A model generated the notes under the pieces. The model had not been told where the DNA came from. It worked only from the letters and a program-made list of their open reading frames with translations, and did no database searches. From Azolla caroliniana (taxonomy: Eukaryota > Plantae > Polypodiophyta), in the NCBI GenBank assembly GCA_043228905.1, contig JBHGNT010000007.1, positions 4,898,001 through 4,962,000 of the forward strand: a DNA stretch of 64,000 bases. Direction: 5' to 3'. Positions 10,701 through 24,833 of the stretch are shown piece after piece; the first letter of the stretch is position 1; every line of letters begins with the position of its first letter. The translations under genes were made by a program, and so were the position numbers.

Positions 10701-13700
10701 TTAATCTGAGATATCTCAAACCTTTATCTTGAGCAATGGATCTAATATGGTGTACATTTAGTTCCATTTGGGATTATATACACTAATAGTCTGCTCTATA
10801 AAAACTAGCTTTAGAATTTCAATTTTTGAGGCCCATGTTTTGAAAATGATAACATTTAATAATATATTACATACAAAATAACGAACAACATGAAAGTTTT
10901 TTTTTCCAAAAAATCACTACACATTAGTAGCAAACTAAATACAGCAAAGTTCAACTCGAATCCACAATGGGATCAGTATATACAACATGGAGGAACAACA
11001 CCAAAACCAACAAAAAACCCAGCAAAACTCACGTGGCCCTTATCCCCAACAAAACTGAAACAAACCCCATTTTACACCATCTCTACTCATCCAAATGTAC
11101 TCTTTTACTAGCTATACCTACATATTTACATCCCGTGACAATATTGGGAACCATCGGCGGAAACAACCACCTAGGCGCCCGGTAGTTCCACTTAGGCCTC
11201 GTCAAAGAGCATGAAAATATTACCATCAAAGCTTAAAAGTCATACGAGAGACTTTAGACATCTCCACATCCTCAACCTAACAAATCATTGCTTAAAGATA
11301 CAAACACATTGTTTTACAAATATTTAAATATATCGTAATGCTCAACTTCAAGTTGTGGTAAGTCTTAGACAATGGAATAATGTTGCGTTCATAACAACTC
11401 TAGCGTCAATGAAACGGTTGACTTATGTATTCCGTTTTCCACAACCTAAAGATAAAAAACAATACCTTTGATTTATATAGGTTGGTGATGTGATTAAACC
11501 TCACTATATTTACTCCATTTTTCTTAAAGAAGTTTGTGCATATTAGACCAACTACTAGCTATACAAAAAGTTGCATAGGCTTCAATCCATAAGAGTATAT
11601 TAAAATGTATTCAATCGAAATCTTATCAATGATTAAAAACAAAAATGGTGCTCATTGGGAATATTCTTCATACTTTCATATGCACTTAAAAATTGCTCGT
11701 AAAACATGGCATTACGTAGCAAATTGATAGCCTAAGGGTTGAAAATTGACATCATCACCTTATATAAGGGAGAACTTGCAAATAATGAGACGTGTTATCA
11801 ATAGGGACATTGACATGATCAAATTTACTTTTGAGGAAAATGCCAAATAATGTAAACTTCAATCATAATAATCAATTATGTGCATTCCTTTAAAATCCTA
11901 ATGACAGTAGGAAATATATGAAGTTGAGGCACTATGTGTGAAAGCATAATGCGAAATATTGCTAAGATGCTCACATGAGTCCTAAGTCTTATCGAGATTC
12001 ATATATTTAAAAGTATAAGGATGATGTTATAGCTATATATTATGTCCTAAACAACATAAGGTTGTAGTTTAAAGTATTGAGTAGTGGGTCTAGCATTGCA
12101 TTCAACAACATAAAGTCAAAACATGAGAGAGAGAGAGAGAGAGAGTCTCTACATAGGATAGATAGGTAGAGGAGACTAAGAAGTGTTGTAACTTAGTGGT
12201 ATTTGCATACAATTAATATAATTGTGTGCTTTTATGAGAGAGAGATACATAGAAATTGGAGACCAAGAGATCATGGGTTCAACGCCTACATTCCATCGTG
12301 GCATCAAGGGAATTAAGAGATATGTATGAAGTCTGTAATAGAGAGGTGAGAAAATTGGGTTTCGAACACCCAAGATGTAGTGTTTGTAGTATAATAACTT
12401 ATCACTAGGGTAAGCTAATTATGAAAAAAAAACAAAGAGATGTCTCGCTTTTATTAGAACATCAATCTATGAGCACAAAACACGTCCTCATGAGTAATGT
12501 ATTCTCTTGGTATCCAAAACAAAAACAATGGGCTCAATGGGAATTTATGAGAAGTATCCACTATTAATCAAACCATGTTGTCCAATGACAAGGACACAAA
12601 TACCCCAACCAATATGTCCAAGAAAGAACAAGATCCCCTCAACACTAGCAAACTTCCCCACACTCACAAAACATCACATAAAGCTACCATAATTAGCCCA
12701 ACTCCCACTCATTTGCATATTCTTACATTGTTTCTTGCTTTTGCCAAAAGAATCCATTTCATACCAGTATACAAAGCACCAAGACAAAAACAACGTTGAG
12801 GAACATGTCACCTCCATCTTGACCATATGCCAAGTATCCCATGTACCCTAGTGCTTGATCTTGAATGGCACCAATGTGAACCCGATGAATTTTTTCTTAT
12901 CATTAGAAGGTCAAGCTGCTAACAAGCACAATAATTTCCAATTAGGTCATTTCCTTATGTTTGACACCATGTGAAATGACTTATTGGGGATGTTCCATGA
13001 AAAGATCTCTCCTCAAACCCATCAACAATTTTCCCATGTTATAAACTCCCACTCATGAAAAATACTTCTAAATCCACACCATTCCCCCCAATGAGGAAGA
13101 CTTGAACAACACCTTCCTATCCTTGCTTTGTGAGCCCTTGATCAATATGCTTGTGGTTCTTAACTTGTCCAACACAACCTTCAAGGCCTAAGTAATCCAT
13201 GTCCTTGATGTGAACGAAGTGCAAACTAGTGATATGCTCGCCTTGACAAGCCTCTACTAGGGCATTCCCCATGGATGAAGAGATACACTTTTGGCACTCA
13301 TCCCAATGCACAATATGCCTTAAGATTTTTCATTGTGCCATCAAAACACGGTATACATTTAGTGTACTTTGTGCTATTATTAGACACATGTGATTCAGTG
13401 CTATGAATATAACATTTGTCCAAAACCTTATCTAATATTTACTATCTTGAACTCAATACTAACCCTATTAACACAACTACCCAATTATTGACCTTAACCA
13501 TTAACCACAACCCTCCCATTTTGGATGAACACTCGCTAGTCATTATTCTACAAATAAACACATATGATGTCTTGATTTTCTTATTCATGGTTGTGATGCC
13601 AATGTCATTGCTACACCTTCAAAAAGCTATCTAAAAGAGTTTATGATATGCAACATGTTCTAAACAATGATGTGGGGACAATTTTGGTACGTGTATTTGC

Positions 13701-14179
13701 ATGTGAAACTCAAGGTGGCATACATGTCAACTGTGAAGACTTTACATGCCATCGTTCAACATATCATAGAGGTTCCTTGATTTCAAACATGTAGGCTTAA
13801 AGTTGAAGGATGCCTCTCATCTTGAAACCCCAAATATGAAGTTAATTCCATTTCAATTCATCTTAAATGTAAAGGTAACACTCTCAGAAAAGAAGGAAAA
13901 GTTATTACTCAATTGGATAGCAATAACAAAATTTAGAATACTGTAACAACAATTGATAACAACTTTGTGTCTCCACTTAGGCAAGACACCATCAACTTAT
14001 TAAGAACTACAAGAATGTCCTGTCAAGATATGAGTGGGGTTAGATGGTGAAGTTTATCAACATAAAATCCATCTAGCTTAGGACTTGATACTGATACAAA
14101 AACTTTAATATTTGATGAAACTAAACCATGTGGTGATTGTCAACTATCAACAATGCTTTGCCGCTACATTTTACCAACA

Positions 14180-14620
14180 AAGATTTGGAGAATGCCATTG
14201 GTCATGAAATCTATAGATGCTTCAAGACCAAGTTGATTATAGAATAGGTTGTGGTGATTATATATGAATTGCTCCAAAAGACTATATACAATTAGCAAGA
14301 ACCATATACAAATTGCCCCAAAAGACTAAGAGAAGAGTGTGTTGATTATAGAATAGGGCGTCCCTGTGGCCATTATGTTTAACCTCAAGACTAAGCCCAT
14401 GATATTTAAGTGAATCATAGTCAAGATATTTGAACATCACATTTTGTCATTCATGCAAGTTTTTCTTGAAGATTTTGTAGTTATCAACACATCCAACTAT
14501 CTCTCTAGCTCAACAAATGGGGCAAATTGTGCCTAAGTTTAAACTAAATGAAATTCGAGTTTGGAGTATGTCGCAACATGTTACTTGGGCATATCATTGG
14601 CAACGACAACATCTTGATGG
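14180..14620 (+). pseudogene. Highly degraded Ty3/gypsy reverse transcriptase remnant
   Basis: Fragments reading WRMP(LG), FMQVFLEDFVV (cf. VFLDDF), LSLN..KFEFGV..LLGHII, with stops and frameshifts. Confidence 0.55.
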
Positions 14621-16339
14621 ACCCCAACCCCAATGTTATAGGCATAACATTAAGGACCTATTCTAAAAGCTAATTTTAATAACTTAAAGGCAAGATTAGT
14701 AAGGAAACAATTGTCCTAGGAATTGGGACAAACCCATAAGGGCCTATGACATATGGGATAGCATGTTGTTTTGGGAACATTGGGTGTTGAACTATACAAA
14801 GGGGACTACCTACCCCTCTTAGAAAACATCTTCATATATTGTGGAGTTTCTATTGTTGAGGATTAGTTCTCTTATTTGGATCCATTTTTCAACTACCACG
14901 GTTTAACATAAAGTACTTAAGATTCAACAAGGTCACGATTAAGTCAGGAGAGCTTATTCAGTCATGCATCTTGCTTGGGATTAACAATTATTATTCTGTT
15001 CTTGAGGCCGATGGAGTCATCTTCCAACCATATTCTTCTGTTTCAAATGATAAAATCAAGGACCAAAAGGCTGTGCAAATGGAATACTCTATAAAAGAGA
15101 TGATGTTGGACCTTCAAGCAATTGGATTGGACCTAATATTTTATGATAGTAGAAGTTAATATCAAAGGCCACAGGTGATAAAGAGGCTTATTCGTGCTAA
15201 AGTGGATGCCTTCTCAAGCTTTATTTTGAAGGGTAGTGATATGGAACTAAGTGCTAAATTAAAAAGCCTATCACTAGATGCAAGCAGTAGGCTTTGTGTG
15301 ATTGAACCATCGAAAAAGCTGGATACTCGGAGATGTTGTTTATATGTTGAGTATGGTCTTCAGTACATGTGAAACAAAATGCAAACATGAAGTTTTCAAA
15401 CTACCAGCCAGGGTGGACAACCATGTTGGAGATTGTTTTCACCTTTATATGTGGTCTTCTAGCTCGACGTAGCAAAGGTGTTATTGGCAAGGCTGAGAGT
15501 TGTATTCATGGATTATAATTATCATTATCTTGCCAAATGTCAAAGCTTATATTTGGTCTCGTTTTGGATAATATATATTTGTGGGTATGAAACAATATTA
15601 TGTACTATTTGTAATATGTATACTGCCTCTGGCCTTTTATTAATACCAATGGAGCATATGTTTTATGGAAAAAAAAACATAAAGTAATATTTGTTCACTT
15701 GCTCCTATTTCTAGAGATCGTCAAGCCTGAATCAAGTTATCGCAACTAGCATGTGATATGTTTCTTCGATGAGCAAATGTCAAAGGCTCTTGGTTATCCA
15801 TTTCTTGAATGAGGTGAAGGAGTGTTTAATGAGCCCCACTTCCTTGCCTTCAAGCATGAAACAACTTGCATACCAAATTATTTATGTTGTTTTAACTATT
15901 TATGTCATGGATCGGGAGGATGAACTCTGCCTCTATGGCCTTTTGAAGAGGGAGAAAAACTTTATATTTGCATTTTATGTTTGTATCATGTCCTCCATTC
16001 GAGGGTGGTCTCTGTGATTAAGCACCCTCAATCCATTAATTTCCATATTTGTTATTATATTATTCATCATTAGTTTGTCCGTAGTACCCAACAAAGTAAA
16101 AGTCCTCGTGGATGCCCTAGACCCCACTATCATAATTAAAAGCGTCAATTGATTCCTCATGTAAACATGCTTTGATACTTGTGCTGATTTTGCATCCTTG
16201 TTACATGTGGTCATCCATAAGATACCCTTTTCATGGACAAGTGTAGAAGATCCAACATAAATGCCCTTAAAATTATTATCTTAAGGGTTAATGGTGCTAC
16301 AATCATTTCATAGGTTCAAAGGACACCTTAGACAAGACG

Positions 16340-16525
16340 ATTACTATTGTCATAGTGCAATTTATACACATCCCATGTGGTACTAGTTTTCCTACTAAAT
16401 GAACCATAAGATATCAAAAGTTACATGTAACTATTTCACAATTGAGCACAAGGCCCTTCAGATAGTGTAATGAACAAGTTCATCACTACTATTTGGATGG
16501 ATTTTTTTTGTGTGTAGACCATTAG
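16340..16525 (+). pseudogene. Degraded Ty3/gypsy RNase H remnant
   Basis: Reads NYFTIEHKALQIV..KFHHYYLDG.FF..VDH, matching the gypsy NYSTTERE-LA-V-A-KKFRHYL..DH pattern; frameshifted. Confidence 0.5.
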
Positions 16526-17020
16526 TGGCAAAATCTACCTTTAATAGGAAGCCAATGAATAAGACACTATGGATATTATTGAAGATAATTTGACAATGTA
16601 AGAGAAATCAATATCAGAAGTTGTGTTCATGCGCTAAGGTTACTAATTCAAGGTCAAGGAGTGTTTGGACAAAGACAAGTCCCAACATGCATGCCTAATG
16701 CAAATACTACGATTCGTTGATGATAGGTTTTGTAGTGTATTTAAAAGGTCGATTTTTTATCATGGATGTCATCCCTGCAAGATCTTGTACACTCCTTGTC
16801 GAGCTTCAATGTTCAACACCACTAGGTTAACCATGAACTCCATGCATGTGTCTCACTTCTATCCATATTGAGTCCCCACTATAATCCCCACCATTAAGGA
16901 CCACCACGATGCTATTCCCCCACCATGCATACATTGAAATATATAGGTTCCCATTTCACCCCATATGTATCTAACCATGTCTTCTATGATTACATTCACT
17001 AAGATACATTGTGTCAGCAC

Positions 17021-17228
17021 TACTTGCGCGATCTTCTGTACTTTGATGGTCACATTAACATTAAACACAGGGTCATTATAGAATAGCAATGATGTTGCTT
17101 CCTCTGTTTGTTTGTGTCTAACAACACTACTTGCCCGATCTCCTGCCCTTTGATGGTCACATTAACATTAAACACAGGGTCATTGTAGAATTGCAATGAT
17201 GTTGCATCCTCTGTTTGTTTGTGTCTAA
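17021..17228. repeat. Tandem duplication, 107-bp unit
   Basis: GATGGTCACATTAACATTAAACACAGGGTCATT at 17045 and 17152. Confidence 0.9.
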
Positions 17229-17446
17229 TCCAACTACCTCATACCGCCAAGGGGAACTCCCAGCTCCAATTGAGCAAGTAAACTCAGAAAAGAGAGACAA
17301 AGGGAGACCTCCTTTTGCAAATAAAAAAAATACCTCAAAAGAGAGCAAACGAGGCCTACTTTTGGAAATAGATGAAAAAAGCAAAGAAGGAAAAGGGAGG
17401 GCCCAATGTTTCTTTGTAAATACCTCAAAGTCGCAAAGGGCATTGG

Positions 17447-17768
17447 TGACACGTGTCATTTTGCCTCCGACGTGGCAAGAAAAGACACAGAGAATCAGAG
17501 AAAGACGCGGCGGCACGTCATCACGGGACACGTCAGCAGTGAGGACATGGCTGCGTCAACCTGAGGGACGCCACGTCAGCGTCGGAGACAGGCACGTCAG
17601 CCAGAGCCGGACACGTCCGCAGTGAGGCCATGGCTGCGTCAACCTGAGGGACGCCACGTCAGCGTCGGAGAAAGACACGTCAGCAGTGAGCCCATGGCTG
17701 CGTCAACCTGAGGGACGCCACGTCAGCGTCTGAGAAAGACACGTCAGCCAGAGGCGGACACGTCGGCT
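17447..17768. promoter_or_regulatory. GC-rich tandem repeat (3 units of ~64-83 bp) carrying ~12 ACGT-core boxes (mostly CACGTC; G/C-box, ABRE/hex-like) upstream of ACX2
   Basis: Unit CATGGCTGCGTCAACCTGAGGGACGCCACGTCAGCGTC repeated 3 times, with GACACGTCAG/GCCACGTCAG motifs; 0.8-1.1 kb upstream of the ACX2 ATG. Regulatory role is inferred. Confidence 0.55.
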
Positions 17769-17969
17769 TTCTGGGGCGCAGCAAAAGCAGCCAAAAGAAA
17801 AACAGAATAAGAGAAAAAACAAAAAAAAAAAACAAAATCAAAATTCAAACTGTTTTTGTTTTTTGTTTTTTTTAAAAAATATTTATATTCGTGTTCGTGA
17901 AGAAGAGGAGGAAGAAGAAGAAGAGCATATTATGTATATCTGATTTCCTGTTTGACCGTTTCGCGGCGA

Positions 17970-18385
17970 AATTTAGGGTTTCTCGTCGCATTCATCATTT
18001 CTCTCTCTCTCTCACTCATCTACCTGCAATAATGGAAACACTAAATTAGGGTTCCCACGATTCTGTCTCCTTTCCTTTTCTCTCTCCTCCTTTTTATAAA
18101 TTTAGGGTTTCAGAAATTCAGTTTCCTTCCGTTTCTTAGGGTTTCAAGAAGAAAACAGTTTATCAAGAAATCAGTTTCGTCTTTTCCCTCTTTTTTGGTG
18201 TGCCGCTTCTTATTCTTCTCCACTTTCTAGGGTTTAGTTTACCACACCCAGGTGACAAAATATAATTAGGGTTTCAGCAAAACTGTCTTTCGTTCATCAT
18301 TCCTTCTTTCCTTCTTCTCCGGTTTAGGGATTCTCGTATAACGAGTTGCGCGTTTTGTTTGGCCTCTATATTTTAGGGTTTTCGC
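17970..18385 (-). promoter_or_regulatory. Cluster of telo-box motifs (TAGGGTTT = AAACCCTA reverse complement)
   Basis: TAGGGTT at ~17974, 18047, 18103, 18137, 18228, 18267, 18374, all in one orientation, in a CT-rich leader-like region. Confidence 0.6.
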
Positions 18386-18579
18386 CATTGATTCTGAGCA
18401 TTCCCACTGAAGTCTTCGACGTTAATTCGCGCACAGAAGCTTCCGTTTCTTCTCCATTTTCAAGATTTCTTTGTTTTCTTTAACATATTAGACCCGTTCT
18501 TGGGTAAAGAAATAGAGTTCCTTGCTTCGTTTCCTCGTGTATCCCCGTTACGAAATTTGTTTCTTCCCGCTCTGTAGCC

Positions 18580-21500
18580 ATGGATTCTAATTATTCTATC
18601 ACCAGCGATGAAGAGAAGTCACGCAGGCGCATCCGCCTTCTCTCTGAACATATCCTCGTCTCTTCATCTTCTCCTCATAGCCGTCGTCATCATCATAATC
18701 AGATCGTGCCTCGTATATGTTCTTCTGCAACAGAAGAATCAGCGTCTTCTTCTTCTCCATCTTCCTCTTCAAAAGCACTGTCAAGAATTGTTTCAGGGAA
18801 ACATCGAAGCATCCAAGAACCAATCCTTTACTATTTCAGACAACATCCAGAGCTTCTCAACCCTGTGGAGATGTCGAAAGACGATCATCGTGAGCTAGCG
18901 ATGAGACAACTCTTTGCTATTGTCAAAGAGATAGGTATCCGTCCTTTGACGCTTCTCTCTGAGGATCCTGCCAAGTATTTTGCTCTTACAGAGGCTGTTG
19001 GTCACATCGATCTTTCTTTGGCAATCAAACTTGGAGTTCAGTACAGGTAGGCTATTTCTATTAATTACGTATGTTCTCCTTCTTACGCATTCTTTTACAT
19101 TTCGCTTGTTGACGCTGTAAATTTAGATTAATATTCTCCTGTTCTGTTGAAGTTTCGCCATGTCTACACAAGATTGATTCAATAAAATTTCATGTAACAA
19201 GTGTCTTTGAATTCCGTTTTCAATTCTTGATTCTGTAAGTCAAAAGAACATCGTTCGGAATTCCGAATTGTATTCTGAAGTTTATGAATTCGGAATTTTT
19301 GCTCCTTGATTCTGTGAGAGCTAGTTATGGTAAGTCACCTGGTGAAAGTTTTCTTGAGGCCACATTAAATACAGAATCCATAATAACTATAGCAGTTTGA
19401 TATTCATTCAGTCAAAAATTTTGAATTTCTGATATGTTTAAAATTCCAGATTAGTATATCATTTTATTACTGCTTTACTTGTTGATTCCGTGAAGTCTAG
19501 GTGTTATGCTTAATGATTTTATGAAAGATCCATTTTATGCCAATTCTGTGAAAAGTCACATACGATTTTTATGATGAATTTCAACGAAAATTTTGAAGTT
19601 TGGATTCTGTGCTTCATTGCATTCTCTTCCATCTACGATAATATGGTTGATTTTGAGATAGCATCCTATCAAAATCTTCGGAGTATAATTCAATTTTAAT
19701 TTTCTATTGATACTGTGGAAATTAAAGTTAGGGTATTCTGAATTCTAAACTTTGTCCTCTTTTTATTCTTTTAATATAGATCATGATTTTTAAGGCTTGA
19801 TTGTATGAACGATTTGTGTCAGTATTTTTGGAATCTCATTTCATTTTAAAATAATTTGATTTGTGATTCTATGAATATTCATTTAAGCAACTTCTAAATT
19901 CTCAATTTTGACCATCAGAAAGTTCCTAATCTTGAATTCTGTGTGACATTTGATTATTTTCAAAACATCAGTTCGTTTTTTTACAGTTTCATTCTTGATT
20001 GTGTGCACTTCTGTAAAAGATAATTCTGTTTTCTGAATGTTGTGCTCCTATTATTCCCTAGCAATACTAGCTTTCTATGTAAAACAGTTTGGCTACGTTG
20101 TTCCATTATATGACAAATAGTTAATTTGCAGGCATTAAAAAAATGCACACCACACTATTTTAACATAGTTTAATCTTAAGTCAATCAAGAAGGTGATTAA
20201 TTTTATTATTATCTGCTAATTTCCAAATGAACACATCAAATATATTGATTTAGGCAGATAAATAACATTGAATGCATGAGTATTTGTTGTTATGGTGGTA
20301 AAATATTTGGTCAAAATAAATTATAAGTTACTTTATGAATCTACCATTATGACAGCCATAAGAATTGTTCTTTCCCACACTTAATTATTTATGGCGTAAT
20401 ATCTGATTTGTTTAAATGCCACAAAATTGCGTTTCCAAATGGTTTTTATCTTTATAAACATAATGCTCAATGCCTTGTAAAGCAGAATGCTCGTATTTAT
20501 ACTGTTTTATGTAAATTTTATGACTTATGTACATGGATTTGTTCATTTTCAGCCTCTGGGGAGGTAGTGTCATTAACCTGGGCACCCAGAAACACAAGGA
20601 TAAGTACTTTGATGGTATCCAAAATCTAGATTATACAGGATGCTTCGCAATGACAGAGCTTCACCATGGTAACCATTCAGTGTTTAGTGAGAATAATCTG
20701 GACTTCTCCCAATTTAATGCGATGGTTATGATCGAAAGCATTAATGTTTTGGCTATTGTTTCTGTTTATAGGATCCAATGTTCAAGGAATTCAAACAACA
20801 GCAACCTTTGATAAGGAGACAGATGAGTTCATAATCAATACTCCTAATGAAGGAGCAACAAAATGGTGGATTGGGAATGCTGCAGTGCATGGAAAGTTTG
20901 CAACTGTATTTGCAAGGCTCAAATTACCATCATTGGGTGGTTCTGCTACAAATGAAATCGATATGGGTATGTATATGTGAAGAAGTATTAGCTTTAACAG
21001 TGCAAACTATTGCTTGAGAGAGAGAGTGAGACAGAGAACCCTTCTTGGCAGGTGTTCATGCATTTATTGTTCCTATACGTAGTATGCAATCACATGCTCC
21101 GATGCCTGGTGTGGAGATCCGTGATTGTGGTTTCAAAGTGGGATTGAATGGTGTGGATAATGGTGCTCTTCGATTCCATAATGTTCGTGTACCACGTGAC
21201 AACCTTCTCAATAGGTTTGGAGATTTATCTAGAGATGGTACCTATAGCAGTCCTCTGCCTACGGTGAACAAAAGATTTGCCGCTACATTGGGTGAACTCG
21301 TAGGAGGAAGAGTTGGATTGGCATATGGTTCAGTTGGTGTCTTAAAGGCAGCGGTTACTATAGCTGTTCGATATTCATTACTTCGACAGCAATTTGGCCC
21401 ACCTAATCAACCAGAAATTAGCATTCTTGATTACCAGTCACAACAATCCAGGTTGCTTCCTATGCTAGCATCGGCGTATGCTTTCCATTTTGCTACAGAT

Positions 21501-23053
21501 TATTTGGTTGAAAGGTATGTTGAGATGAAGAGAAGTCATGATGATGAAGTCATAGCAGATGTCCATGCCCTCTCTGCCGGATTGAAGTCGTATGTAACGG
21601 CATATACGGCAAAGTCATTAAGTGTGTGTAGAGAAGCATGTGGCGGCCATGGATATGCAGCTGTTAATAGGTTTGGGAGCTTGAGAAATGATCATGACAT
21701 ATTTCAAACATTTGAAGGAGATAATACTGTTTTGCTGCAGCAGGTCAAAGAGCATAATTTCTTTCCCACAAACTTACTGTGAAATGTGTTGATGTTTGAT
21801 GTGGCTCATATTATCTTCCTTGGCATACATAGGTAGCAGCAGATCTCTTGAAGCAATTCAAGAAGAAGTTTGAAGGGGGCGCACTTACTGTTACTTGGAT
21901 ATATCTGAAAGATTCCATGGGCACATACCTTTCACAAACAAACCCAGTTGTGACACATCGTGAAGGCGAAGGACATTTGAGGGATTCAAACTTTCAATTG
22001 GACGCATTTCGGGTACAAAAATATATGACTTCATTATTTAATGATAATTTTTTAATCTCAAATTGGTTGCTTTTGAATTACAAATTTGTGTGATTTCATC
22101 ATGCAATGAATTATTTAACATGAACATGGAATGCTTTTCGGGTTATATAATTCCAAACATTTATGAATCATCATGATGCCATGATCGATTTCAAACATCA
22201 AATGTTCGACTTTTTTGGGATGTAAGCCTATATGATTTATGTTGGATAATGTTGGTGCAGTATCGAACGGCAAAATTATTACAAACAGTAGCTCTTCGAC
22301 TAAGGAAGCACTCAAAACAACAGGGCAGTTTCGAGGCATGGAATCAATGTCTTAACCATCTGCTTATGTTGGCTGAATCTCACATTGAAACTGTGATACT
22401 TGAGAAATTTATCGAAGCAGTTAACAGGTAATTTATATAATTCCTGAATAGTTGGCATAGTCTAATGCCTTTCAATGTTTTGCCTTTATCAGTCAGGGTA
22501 CTAATCTAAAGCTGATTTGTTGTCTATTCATGTGCGCAAAGTTCATTATAAAGTATTGTTGTTGGTATCTTTTAGTTGCCAAGATAAGACTGCAAGAGAT
22601 CAGTTGAAGCTTCTTTGCGATCTATATGCATTGGATCGGATTTGGCAAGACATTGGAACATATAGGAACCAAGACTATGTTGCTCCCAATAAGGCAAAGG
22701 TGCGTAGAAAGAGGGTTCAGACAGCATGTGATCTTATATACTTGTTGGGAATGCGTGCATGGATTTGGCCTTGTATAAAGTCTACATAATCCTTAAATTT
22801 CTGAAGGAAAAACTCAGAAATGTCCACTTTTAAAGCTATCTGTAGCTTGTATTCTATTGTGGGGACTTATTTTCTATTATATCTTTCTTCTTTCCAGGCC
22901 ATTCAAAGACTTATAGAGCATTTGTGCTCAGAAGTACGTCTTGTTGCAAAGGACCTGGTGGATGCTTTTGGCATTCCTGATTTCATACTCAGAGCACCTA
23001 TTGGCCTCAAGTCTCGACAATACTCCGAATATTCTCACTACGTAGGTTTCTAG
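18580..23053 (+). CDS. ACX2: Peroxisomal long-chain acyl-CoA oxidase 2-like; exons 18580-19046, 20553-20668, 20772-20966, 21052-21743, 21833-22012, 22261-22427, 22576-22699, 22898-23053 (698 aa)
   Basis: PTS2 RIRLLSEHI; [68 protein letters not shown]; C-terminus YSHYVGF. All introns are GT-AG and in frame. Confidence 0.95.
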
Positions 23054-23430
23054 TTCAAAAGAGTGTGGTAGGATGTAGAGTGTAAATTCAGGTTTGTAAA
23101 AAGAAAAAGAAATAAAAATAAAGATGGAATTATGCACATCTGAGTTGCTTTGCTGAGGCAAATGTATGGAAAAAACAGCTAGTCAGAGAAAGGCTGAGCT
23201 AATAATAAAAACTGTGTATATATAATGTTTTTTTGTGGTGTTGTATTCATGGAAAATGAGTTCTCCTCTTGGAATGTAAAATCAGGGAGCAACTTCGTTC
23301 TGTTATTACAACCCAAACTCTTCCTTATCAATCAAGTTGTACATATGTATCTACATCAATCAAGATTTTTCGCTGCTCTTTTTTGTTACTGTACAGTTGG
23401 TTTGGAATTAGATCGTTGGAATTACATCAA

Positions 23431-23660
23431 TCATTTTATACATTGTGGGCATATGCTTGTTTTTGTTTATACATTTTGCACAAAACTGTTCTATGTTCTT
23501 CTTTCAATTTATAACACATCCTTTTCAGGCTTGAAGCTTGTCATTTTATACATTGTGGGCATAGGCTTGTTTTTCTTTATACATTTTGCACAAAGGTGTT
23601 GTGTGCTTCTATATTCTTGTTTCAATTTATAACGCATTCTTTTCAGGCTCGAAGCTTGTC
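23431..23660. repeat. Tandem duplication, 110-bp unit, downstream of ACX2
   Basis: TCATTTTATACATTGTGGGCATA at 23431 and 23541. Confidence 0.85.
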
Positions 23661-24758
23661 TTCCTCAATTATAAAGTTATTCATGTTCTTCGAGCAAGTT
23701 GGACATGGCTCTTGATGTTGTATTTACATGTCGATATTCTAATGGCACTAATGGCACTAATGGCACTACGAGTCCAGCCTTAATCATTGGCTCTTGAAAT
23801 CTAAAACGTAACATGAAATTCAAAACCCACATCCATTTACACAAAAAAGTAACATGATGGCAAGACCCAACAAATCGATTTTAAGGGATGCATGATTTTC
23901 TTGTTTGCTCACAAGTGTGGCCTATTAGTAAAATACAATAAGACATGCTTCTTAATAAAGAGCACGATTTTTGTTTATGTTCCCTATAGTTTCTATATCA
24001 TGGTCTTCTTTCTATAAGTTGCTTATATCCTTGTTAACGTGTTTCCTATACGGTTCAATAATATTGGTGGGGTATGGGAAACATCTAATTCCAAATCATC
24101 AAGTAGCTATTTGCATTTTCTTAGATTGTTTTTCTCGTTTACTGGTCCAACATAATATGCAAACCTCCTTTGTGCCTAGCAACATAGGCATGATACATGA
24201 CTTCCAAAAGTAATCATCTATTTCTTCATACCTTAAAATGTGAAGTCAAGCTATTACACGTACCAAGGTATGGTACAGGTACCTTGTTAAATAGAATATG
24301 ATGCCATTGTCGTAAAGGGAGATAAAGATATATTGTGTGTCCAAACAAGTGTTGTATGTATATAGGAATCCTTCTGGAGTTCAAGCTCTCGGAAATGATT
24401 GTTGCTGACTCACTCCTTTGGGTTTACAAGTGTTTGTTTTGTTTTCAATGTATCTAAAGTCTCCTTTAGAAAAGATTTGCATAATAACGTGGCAAAATAG
24501 GATAAGTGAGAGAGGAATGGGTGACATGGCATAGTATGCATGGAGATGAACATGGAATGTTTTACACGTGTATAAGCAAGGAAACCACCGTCCATGCCAA
24601 TAATAGCCGCCTCGTCCTCCTTCTTTTTATTATATTTGAACGTGAAAGGTTTTTTTGTGTGAAATCCATCATCTATAACGCTTAAACAATACATTCATCC
24701 CTTCGAGTTCAAACCTTTATCAAGTACTTGATAAAAGTAACAAGATTATTAGATTATT

Positions 24759-24792
<34 letters not shown>
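24759..24792. repeat. Compound (TG)n(AG)n microsatellite upstream of OEP16 ATG
   Basis: Directly visible. Confidence 0.9.
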
Positions 24793-24833
24793 TTAATTGC
24801 CAATACAAGGACTTTTAACCACAATTAACAATT

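Noticed and set aside
6300-13700. Many 60-90 aa ORFs as genes
   Set aside because: AT-rich, no recognisable motifs or consistent splice structure; probably decayed TE debris that I cannot classify.
14920-15820. Possible captured gene fragment between the gypsy RT and RNase H remnants
   Set aside because: Looks coding-like, but I recognise no family and the frames are interrupted; needs BLASTX.
17215-17625. 136-aa ORF
   Set aside because: Runs through A-rich and tandem-repeat sequence; no domain.
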